Assembly: GCA_011064875.1 (NCBI GenBank)
Contig: JAAKFV010000002.1
Coordinates: 1-51,749, forward strand
Direction of reading: 5' to 3'
DNA length: 51,749 nucleotides
Origin: Candidatus Anoxychlamydiales bacterium
GTDB taxonomy: Bacteria; Chlamydiota; Chlamydiia; Chlamydiales; SM23-39
A model generated the notes under the pieces. It ran no database searches and was not told the DNA's origin. It was given only the letters and a program-made list of their open reading frames with translations. Each line of letters starts with the position of its first letter. The stretch's first letter is position 1. The position numbers and the translations under genes are program-made. Of the stretch, positions 20,033-27,489 are shown in pieces.

Positions 20033-20473
20033 CTATATATTTACAGCTATAGGTTTTTGAGCATGCATATTGTGTTTTTCTCCAATAAAAATATGAAGTT
20101 TTTTAAGTTGAGCTCTTGCTAGTGGTGTTTTAACAGGTAGCATTCCTCTTACAGCATGCATTAATATATGCTCTGGTTTCTTTTTTAACATCTCTCTATA
20201 TGGAGTCACTCTAAGCCCACCTAACCAACCTGTATGTTTAGTATAAACTTTTCTAGCAGCTTTAGAACCTGTTACCTTGATCTTTTCAGCATTTACAACG
20301 ATAACAGCGTCGCCTGTATCAGTATTTGGTGTATAGCTAGGTTTGTGTTTGCCTCTTAAAATTTTAGCAATCTCAGATGCAAATCTACCAAGCGTTTTGC
20401 CTGTAGCGTCAAATAGGTAACATTTTCTTTCTTTTAGAGCGTCTTCTTTACTTATAAATTTCGTTTTATTCAT
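20033..20473 (-). CDS. rplM: 50S ribosomal protein L13
   Basis: 146 aa. WYLFDA-type N-terminus ([32 protein letters not shown]). Upstream of rpsI. Confidence 0.97.
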   Translation of the reverse strand: MNKTKFISKEDALKERKCYLFDATGKTLGRFASEIAKILRGKHKPSYTPNTDTGDAVIVVNAEKIKVTGSKAARKVYTKHTGWLGGLRVTPYREMLKKKPEHILMHAVRGMLPVKTPLARAQLKKLHIFIGEKHNMHAQKPIAVNI

Positions 20474-20665
20474 ATTTTTTATTTACACAGATATTTAAAA
20501 TAGCTTTGTTCATTAGAATATCTTTATCCCACTTTTTTTGCCAAGCTTTTTTTATAGAATTTTTTTATTTTTTTTATTCTTCAATAATTATTGATAAGAT
20601 GATTCTTGTAAAAAGTTATCTATTCATTTAAACTTTTAGGAAATAAATTAAAATAGAAATTATCT

Positions 20666-21979
20666 ATGAAAACTTTAAATACTTTTTATATACGTACCTA
20701 TGGCTGTCAAATGAATGAGCTCGACTCTGAGATCATTTCAACGCAGCTTCAGATGAGCAACTTAAAAAAAGTAGATGATGAAGTATCGGCTGATATCATT
20801 ATTTTAAATACCTGTTCTATAAGAGATCTTTCTGAGAAAAAAGTTCTTGGCAAACTCTTCGAATATAAAAAGGATAAAAAAGATAAGATAATTGGTGTAT
20901 GTGGCTGTATGGCTATGAGCCAAAAAGAAACGCTTTTAAAAAAATTCCCACACCTAGATTTTCTACTAGGTACAAATAATCTTTTAGATATAAATAAAAT
21001 TTTAGATGACATTCTTACAAAAAATCTACAAGAGAAAAAAATAGATTTAAACTATGAAATTGGCTTAGAGAATTTCTTTGCTAAAAGAGAAAATAAAATA
21101 AAAACCTCTATCTCTATTATAAGAGGCTGCAATAATTTTTGTTCATATTGCATAGTACCCCAAACGAGAGGAAGAGAGGTTTCTAGAGACCCTTCTAGTA
21201 TTGTAAAAGAGGCTAAATACCTAGCTAGAGAAGGCATTAAAGAGATTACCCTTCTTGGACAAAACGTCAACTCCTATGGCTTAGACAAGCCTGAAAAAAA
21301 AGTTTTATTTCCTGATCTACTATATATGCTAGATAAAGTAGATGGTATAGAAAGAATTAGATTTATGACTTCTCACCCAAAAGATATAACTAAAGATTTA
21401 ATGTTAGCTATTAGAGATTTAAAAAAAGTCTGTGAGTTCGTTCATTTCCCTATGCAATCTGGCTCTAATAAAATTTTGAAAGCTATGAGAAGAACCTACA
21501 CAAAAGAGCACTATTTAGAAAAAGTAAATCTTTTAAAAAGTATAGTCCCTAATGCCACAATTGGCACAGATATAATAGTTGGTTTTCCAAATGAAACCGA
21601 CGAAGATTTTTTAGAGACATATAAATTATTTGATGAGATTAAATTCGATACAGCTTTTATATTTGCCTATAGCCCTAGGCAAAACACCTTAGCCTCCAGG
21701 TATGAAGATAACATCTCAAATACTCTAAAACAGCAAAGGCTACAAAAACTTTTAAAGCTTTATCATAAGATTTTAGAGACCAAATATACAAAGCTAATCG
21801 GTACTAAAAAGGAGGTTTTAGCAGAAAAACTCAGTAAAGATGGGAAATCCTTAAAAGGAAGAACTAAAACCTTCGAAAAGGTTTTATTTCCAGCAGAGTC
21901 AAAGCTTATAGGATCTCTTCAAACAGTTGATATTGAAAGCTTTAGCCATCAAACACTTAAAGGCTCGATTCCTTCATAA
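20666..21979 (+). CDS. miaB: tRNA-i6A37 methylthiotransferase MiaB
   Basis: 437 aa. N-terminal UPF0004 cysteines (YGCQMN, NTCSIR, GCMA), radical-SAM CNNFCSYC, and a C-terminal TRAM-like region. Confidence 0.9.
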   Translation: MKTLNTFYIRTYGCQMNELDSEIISTQLQMSNLKKVDDEVSADIIILNTCSIRDLSEKKVLGKLFEYKKDKKDKIIGVCGCMAMSQKETLLKKFPHLDFLLGTNNLLDINKILDDILTKNLQEKKIDLNYEIGLENFFAKRENKIKTSISIIRGCNNFCSYCIVPQTRGREVSRDPSSIVKEAKYLAREGIKEITLLGQNVNSYGLDKPEKKVLFPDLLYMLDKVDGIERIRFMTSHPKDITKDLMLAIRDLKKVCEFVHFPMQSGSNKILKAMRRTYTKEHYLEKVNLLKSIVPNATIGTDIIVGFPNETDEDFLETYKLFDEIKFDTAFIFAYSPRQNTLASRYEDNISNTLKQQRLQKLLKLYHKILETKYTKLIGTKKEVLAEKLSKDGKSLKGRTKTFEKVLFPAESKLIGSLQTVDIESFSHQTLKGSIPS

Positions 21980-22151
21980 TACAAGCTTTTGCACTAGAAC
22001 AACTTACATAAAAATCAAGTTTAATTAACTATAAATTATTAATTTAATAAACCATTAAATTAACTTGAATTAATACCTAATAAATGTTATTATTATTTAA
22101 TACTTAATAACATACTTTAACTAATAAAAAAACTTAAAAAAAGCAAATAAT

Positions 22152-22412
22152 ATGACTGCAAGAATAATAAGCCCACCAATAAGAATAATCACAAATCCAT
22201 CGCAAGACTTATTGGATAAAATACAAAAAGCAGGCGTTACACTCCCTCAACTAGAAAGTTATATGAATAGATCTCTTTCTAAACCATTTGGAGGAAGAAA
22301 TAACAATAAATCTGAAAATGCTAAAAAGGCGAAAAAATATAAAAAGCTTTCCGCTGAAACATGGAAAGATATATTCAATGAAAATACATCAACCTATGTA
22401 CATTATATATAA
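22152..22412 (+). CDS. Hypothetical small basic protein (orphan)
   Basis: 86 aa ORF in a long AT-rich intergenic region. I recognise no motif, and coding status is uncertain. Confidence 0.35.
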   Translation: MTARIISPPIRIITNPSQDLLDKIQKAGVTLPQLESYMNRSLSKPFGGRNNNKSENAKKAKKYKKLSAETWKDIFNENTSTYVHYI

Positions 22413-22589
22413 AACATTAAAACCTAGGAAACATTTAAGCTCTTTCAAAAAAAGTTTTTAAAACCTAATCTAACCCCTTCAAAATAATACTCTTAATTAT
22501 CATTAAAATATAATTTAATAATATTGATATTATAGTTAATACTATGCTATAATGTTCATATATTTTAATAAAATTAATAGAATAACACT

Positions 22590-23357
22590 ATGAAAGAAGA
22601 TTTTTTTAATAAGACAATAAGACTTGGCTCTTTTAGGCAAAACATTAAACCTATTCGAATCAATATCAGAAATCTTGGATTTTCACATTTTCAAGATGTA
22701 GAGCTCAAAAACACTGTAACTAGCTCAAAATCCACAAAATCTTATTTTAAAGATCTTTTTTTTGAAACTTTTCCATATATAGATTCAAACTCTCAAAGCC
22801 AAACTCTAAAAAAAGATATTCCTGCAATATTTTTTGATTCATCTATTTTTCCAAATGAGCTTATCTCTTTAAATCAAGAGCCTTTAATAAAAGAGAAAAG
22901 TCCATACATCGATTATCTAAAAAGTTTAAGATTTTTTGGGACTCTAAAACAAAGAAAAGATAAATCAGTTTATTTAAAAATAGATGACTCATTTATAAAT
23001 TTAATCTCATCTAAACTTCCATCTGATATTGAAAAAATGAGTGATTTTAATATTTCTATTATTTCAAAAGAAGAGTATAAAAAGTATGAAGTTTTTCCTA
23101 TATTAGAGCAGGAAGAAAAATTTCAATATAGGATAAAAGATCTATATTCTGTAAATGTTCAAACTGAAAATGGTTTTAAAAAAGTTTGGTTTTTAGAAAT
23201 TGAATCTAAAGATCTAGAAGAATTTAGATATAAATATCATCTTTTTCCAAAAAAAAATGGTCATAATTTTTCAATAAAATTAGGCTCTATAAAATCTTTT
23301 AAACTTAAACTCTCTTTTCCTTTAATGAAAATCAATAGAGCATTTTTTGCTGCTTAA
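22590..23357 (+). CDS. Hypothetical protein upstream of the U-box array
   Basis: 255 aa, same strand as the first U-box gene and 66 nt upstream of it. No signal peptide or TM segment. There is a possible two-lobed fold with N-I-S-I and N-F-S-I tetrads (see findings). Confidence 0.55.
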   Translation: MKEDFFNKTIRLGSFRQNIKPIRINIRNLGFSHFQDVELKNTVTSSKSTKSYFKDLFFETFPYIDSNSQSQTLKKDIPAIFFDSSIFPNELISLNQEPLIKEKSPYIDYLKSLRFFGTLKQRKDKSVYLKIDDSFINLISSKLPSDIEKMSDFNISIISKEEYKKYEVFPILEQEEKFQYRIKDLYSVNVQTENGFKKVWFLEIESKDLEEFRYKYHLFPKKNGHNFSIKLGSIKSFKLKLSFPLMKINRAFFAA

Positions 23358-23423
23358 AAATCTTGCAAAAAATCCTCCTCTTTATTAAGTTTGCTGCAAT
23401 TTAATTTATAAGGAGATATTTAT

Positions 23424-24347
23424 ATGGTTGATCCAGTAAGAGCAGTTGCTGATGCTACTACAGTATTAAAGGAAGAGGATATCTCATGCACAATTGCAGG
23501 AGGAGTGTTCATTGAACCAGTTATAACTAACTGCAATCATAAAATAGAGAAATTAGCTTTAGCGAGGCTTTTAAGAGAAGATAAACATTGTCCTTATTGT
23601 AGAGCTATTGTCACTTCAGCTGTACCAGATGTTGAGCTTGCTAAAAAAATACAAGATCAATTTGTTAAAGTATCCGCTGAGAATAAAAAAATATTCGATG
23701 ATCAAAAACAAGCTCTTTTAGATGATCCTCGATATAATTCTGTTAGAGGAGCTCCTATTATTCCTGCTGTTTCTAGAAGCCGAAGAGTTGAGATGGATGC
23801 AGATGAATCTCTAAGATTTATGGGTATTGATCTATCCGAAGGATTATCAAGTCTTTTTTTAGATTTTTTAGGAATGCCAAGCCCTTTTTCAGGCCCCGGT
23901 GCTGCAGGTCCAAGTCCTTCTACTCTTTTCTCTCAAGTTCAATCTAGCATTAGATTTAATAATTTAACTCAAGCAGAACAAACAGCTGATACAATACCAA
24001 GACCAGATTTTTCAAATTATAGAAATAGAAGCTATGAAAAAATAGCTGGTGCTCATATAGCAAAAGCCAATACACATATCTCACATCTTCAACACGCTAC
24101 AAGAGTTACAAGCAAAATATCAGCAGTAGCTATTAAAGATGGTCTTTTCACACAAATTACACTTAAATATACTCAACATAAAGAATACTCAAAAGCTTTT
24201 CAAACAGCTAATAAAATGCAAAGCTTTGTTTTTAGATTCTTAAACAGAATAGCTATTTGTCTAGGAGCGACCTTCCATGGCTTTATATTTATTTTAAGAG
24301 GACTATTTTGGCCTCTTAGAGCGCTAAGAGAAAGGTTAAGTTCTTAA
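23424..24347 (+). CDS. U-box-like domain protein, paralog A (candidate E3 ubiquitin ligase effector)
   Basis: 307 aa with an AAGGAG RBS. The N-terminus is CTIAGGVFIEPVITNCNHKIEKLALARLL...CPYCRAIVTSAVPDVELAKKI. Then come KKIFDDQK, a Pro/Ser/Gly linker, one or two helical repeat units, and a C-terminal hydrophobic tail ending PLRALRERLSS. Confidence 0.72.
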   Translation: MVDPVRAVADATTVLKEEDISCTIAGGVFIEPVITNCNHKIEKLALARLLREDKHCPYCRAIVTSAVPDVELAKKIQDQFVKVSAENKKIFDDQKQALLDDPRYNSVRGAPIIPAVSRSRRVEMDADESLRFMGIDLSEGLSSLFLDFLGMPSPFSGPGAAGPSPSTLFSQVQSSIRFNNLTQAEQTADTIPRPDFSNYRNRSYEKIAGAHIAKANTHISHLQHATRVTSKISAVAIKDGLFTQITLKYTQHKEYSKAFQTANKMQSFVFRFLNRIAICLGATFHGFIFILRGLFWPLRALRERLSS

Positions 24348-24377
24348 AAATACAATAAATTAATAGAAGGTAAAAAC

Positions 24378-25898
24378 GTGTCATGGGTTTCACTTACAAC
24401 AGATTATCTTAGATTTTTTTTTCAAAGTCCATTGGAAATAGAAGCTATTACCTGTCCTCTCACCTTAAAAATATTGGTTAAGCCTATTAAAACAAATTGT
24501 GGCCATGATTTTGAACAACTTGCTTTAGCAATGCAATTTAGAACCGCTGATCCATCTATCCGAGATAATTGTGGATTGTGTAGAGCAAGAATTACTTCAG
24601 TTGATTTAGATAATGAGCTTATAAAAAAAATACAATATCGATTTGTAAAAACTCACGGAATGACTAACAAAAAGAATAAAAAAATATTTGATGATCAAAA
24701 AAAAGAACTCGATAAAGCAGAAGAGTATGATGATGTTAGAGGAGTGGATGTAATTCCTCAAAGATCAGCAGGGAGAAGAGAAGAAATACTAGAAGAATTT
24801 AGAGGCCTTGCTGACTTTCTTGAAAGCAGTTTTCCACGATCTCCACCGAGAGCGTCATATGAAAATTACGAACGCCGCCCTGCTTTTTCTTCATCTAGAT
24901 CAAATTCTTCTCATGCAAACATCCCAAGGAGATTACGAAACTCTATTTCGTCTATCAGACCAACTAGGATAATTCTAGGCATAAAAAATAATGCATCTTA
25001 TCTAATTACTAAACTTTTTACTAAACTTTTTAACTTAATTATCGCATCTAGTGAATCATTATTGCAAAAAGTAGATCAATGCATAAGAAATGGTTCTTTA
25101 GCACAAGCTGAGATTTATGCATCTCGAATTTCAGATAGTTCATTAAAAAATCAATGTTATCCAAAAATAGCAGCCTCATATCTAGATAAAGCAAGCTTGG
25201 ATTTAGCAAATTTTGACAATCATTTAATATCTTCTATAAGAACTACTAGATTAATTACTAATCCTCATATCAAAAATAATCTTTTTCAGCAAATTGCTCA
25301 AAAATATATAGATAATGATAACTTGCTCCAAGCAAAGTCTATTGTTAGAGATGACATAATAGCTGGTAATAAAGATGAATTATTCGAAAAAATTTGTTCA
25401 AAATTTTTATCAAGAGAATATTCTTTATCAAATACTCAAGAAGTTTTAAGTATAATCCCTTTAATTACCTATGGCACCATTAAAGATAATCTATCTCTAA
25501 ACCTCTTAAATAAATGCATAGCTATTAATGATTTTGAAAATGCTGAAAATGCAATAGAAAAGCTTTGTTTTACATTTCGGAAACAAGCCGAATATTCCAG
25601 TCTTTTTCAAGTATTAATAAATAGTAATAGCGATAGCAATTTACATAGAGCTTTACACATCAATGATAAAATAGAATCTTATTTTTTAAAAAATATAAAT
25701 TATAGAAAAGTTTCTTTTAAATTTGCAGAGATTAGATGTTTTAAAGATGCATATAAAATAGTTTCTAAAATAACTAATCCAGCTACTAGAAGGTTTTCAT
25801 ATTTCCTCTTAACAATAAAAATTCCTTTTTCATTGCTATATTCAATAGTTTCATTTCCATTTAGAAAAATAATTAGTTGGCTCAAAAAAGAAAGATAG
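24378..25898 (+). CDS. U-box-like domain protein, paralog B (candidate E3 ubiquitin ligase effector)
   Basis: 506 aa. A GTG start is needed to include the domain, and GAAGG lies 7 nt upstream. The N-terminus is CPLTLKILVKPIKTNCGHDFEQLALAMQF...CGLCRARITSVDLDNELIKKI. KKIFDDQK, helical repeats and a hydrophobic C-terminus (FPFRKIISWLKKER) follow. Confidence 0.72.
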   Translation: MSWVSLTTDYLRFFFQSPLEIEAITCPLTLKILVKPIKTNCGHDFEQLALAMQFRTADPSIRDNCGLCRARITSVDLDNELIKKIQYRFVKTHGMTNKKNKKIFDDQKKELDKAEEYDDVRGVDVIPQRSAGRREEILEEFRGLADFLESSFPRSPPRASYENYERRPAFSSSRSNSSHANIPRRLRNSISSIRPTRIILGIKNNASYLITKLFTKLFNLIIASSESLLQKVDQCIRNGSLAQAEIYASRISDSSLKNQCYPKIAASYLDKASLDLANFDNHLISSIRTTRLITNPHIKNNLFQQIAQKYIDNDNLLQAKSIVRDDIIAGNKDELFEKICSKFLSREYSLSNTQEVLSIIPLITYGTIKDNLSLNLLNKCIAINDFENAENAIEKLCFTFRKQAEYSSLFQVLINSNSDSNLHRALHINDKIESYFLKNINYRKVSFKFAEIRCFKDAYKIVSKITNPATRRFSYFLLTIKIPFSLLYSIVSFPFRKIISWLKKER

Positions 25899-26016
25899 AT
25901 CTACAAAAAAATCTATCTTAAAAAAGTTTTAAGATCGATATTTTTTAATTTTAAATTCTTGCATTAAAAATTAAACTACTCTATTTTTTACGATCTTAAA
26001 AAAGGAGATTATCAAT

Positions 26017-27471
26017 ATGCCTGATGTAGATATAGTTCCAAAAGATTTTGAGTGTCCAATAACTCTTGATGTAATGGTATCTCCTGTTAGAACGAACTGC
26101 TTAGAAGAAAAACCAACTACTAGCTTTTTTTCTCGTATTTTTGCACCTGCGCCAGATGATAGTTTCAAGGGGCATTATTTTGAAAGAGATGCCTTAGCTG
26201 CTCATTTTCGTCAAAACAATCAAAACTGCCCAACTTGTAATCGAATAATTACAAAAGTTGTTCCTGATAAAAATTTGGCAGAAAGAATAACTAGAGAATT
26301 TACCGCTAAACACAAACTGCATTTTGAAGCTGCGAAAAATGATGTTGAAAAAACCTACGGTGCTATGAAAGATCGGCCGATTATTCCAAACGATTCAGAT
26401 CCTAGTGTAGCTGAGAGAGCAACTCCAGAAGCTCCCGCACCCGGCAGCTTAGCTCCTAGCGCTGAAAGAGCCCCTAGACCCTATAGAGATAGTTTTGCAT
26501 CAGGACTATTTAGCCATAGAGCATTTCATGCTCACCATCCTCTTTTTAGCGCACTTTATCCACGAAGAGAATCTGATAGCACTAAATATAACAAAGTCAA
26601 GCAACATATTAGAAATGACAATTTAGTCTTAGCTAACAATGAAGCCGATAGAATAGTTAGTGCTTATTCTAGAAATATGGCTTATCGAGATATCTCTGAG
26701 AATTATCTTAATAAATATATCTCAAGATATAATGTTAGAAGGTCTTCCGAACATCTTGTATCTGCGAGTAGAGTTGTTTCAAAAATTATTGACCATTCAA
26801 TGAAAAATAATCTTAACTATAAAATTGTGCAAAAAGCATTTCCTAATCATTTAGTCCATGTTGAAGGAGTCGCTCGTTTAATCACTAATATCAGACTAAA
26901 AAACATGGCTTTAGAAACAATTGCTAAAAAAAATATAACTCTATACTTATCTTATAGTATGGAAGCAAGAATTCAAGATGGGATAAGAATTGCGAACACT
27001 TTAGTTACAGATGACTCTACGAAACAAAACATTTTAAATGAGGCTATAAATGCATACATAAGAAAAGACAAACTTAAAAAAGCTATAAATCTCAACAACT
27101 CTATCTCATCGATCAATGCTCAAGATCAAAACAAAAAAGATATCGCTAATCAATATGTTAATAGAAATTTTACCAATGCAAATTTTCAAAAATCTTTAAC
27201 TACAGCTAGTCAAATATCTAGCATGTCGATAAAAGACTCTACTTATAGTTTGATTGTTGGAAAAGCAGCTTCAAATAAAGCTTATTTAAAATCATATAAA
27301 ACGATCTCAAAGATATCTAAATTTTCAAAACGTTTGGGTTTATATATTAAAGTTACTTGCAAAATGTTATTTTTTGGACTTTTTAAAGTTGTTAGCTTTC
27401 CATTTAAATTAACTTACTGGGGATTTTATTATCTCTTAGCTCCATTTAGAGCATTATTTAAAAGACGTTAA
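26017..27471 (+). CDS. U-box domain protein, paralog C (candidate E3 ubiquitin ligase effector)
   Basis: 484 aa with an AAGGAG RBS. This is the best U-box match: FECPITLDVMVSPVRTNC-[23 aa insert]-GHYFERDALAAHFRQNNQNCPTCNRIITKVVPDKNLAERI. An Ala/Pro linker, about 6 helical repeat units and a hydrophobic C-terminus (FPFKLTYWGFYYLLAPFRALFKRR) follow. Confidence 0.82.
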   Translation: MPDVDIVPKDFECPITLDVMVSPVRTNCLEEKPTTSFFSRIFAPAPDDSFKGHYFERDALAAHFRQNNQNCPTCNRIITKVVPDKNLAERITREFTAKHKLHFEAAKNDVEKTYGAMKDRPIIPNDSDPSVAERATPEAPAPGSLAPSAERAPRPYRDSFASGLFSHRAFHAHHPLFSALYPRRESDSTKYNKVKQHIRNDNLVLANNEADRIVSAYSRNMAYRDISENYLNKYISRYNVRRSSEHLVSASRVVSKIIDHSMKNNLNYKIVQKAFPNHLVHVEGVARLITNIRLKNMALETIAKKNITLYLSYSMEARIQDGIRIANTLVTDDSTKQNILNEAINAYIRKDKLKKAINLNNSISSINAQDQNKKDIANQYVNRNFTNANFQKSLTTASQISSMSIKDSTYSLIVGKAASNKAYLKSYKTISKISKFSKRLGLYIKVTCKMLFFGLFKVVSFPFKLTYWGFYYLLAPFRALFKRR

Positions 27472-27489
27472 AAAATTTTGCAAATTGAT

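Noticed and set aside
18137-21270. Short ORFs 18137-18340, 19931-20122, 20749-21012 and 21052-21270
   Set aside because: They are antisense to the S1/P1 nuclease, rpsI/rplM and miaB genes respectively. These are shadow ORFs.
25700-26168. Minus-strand ORFs 25700-25885 and 25971-26168 at the junction of U-box genes B and C
   Set aside because: They overlap the well-supported plus-strand genes. The second covers the RBS, start and U-box of paralog C. No RBS or motif supports them.
23478-26289. Reading the N-terminal Cys/His pattern of the three paralogs as a zinc-binding RING finger instead of a U-box
   Set aside because: I can find only 4-6 potential Cys/His ligands rather than the 8 that a cross-brace RING needs. 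Paralog C matches the U-box consensus, including GH-x-(Y/F)-ER and PN/PD-x-x-L. A degenerate RING cannot be excluded for A and B without profile or structure analysis. Either way the predicted function (E2 recruitment) is the same.
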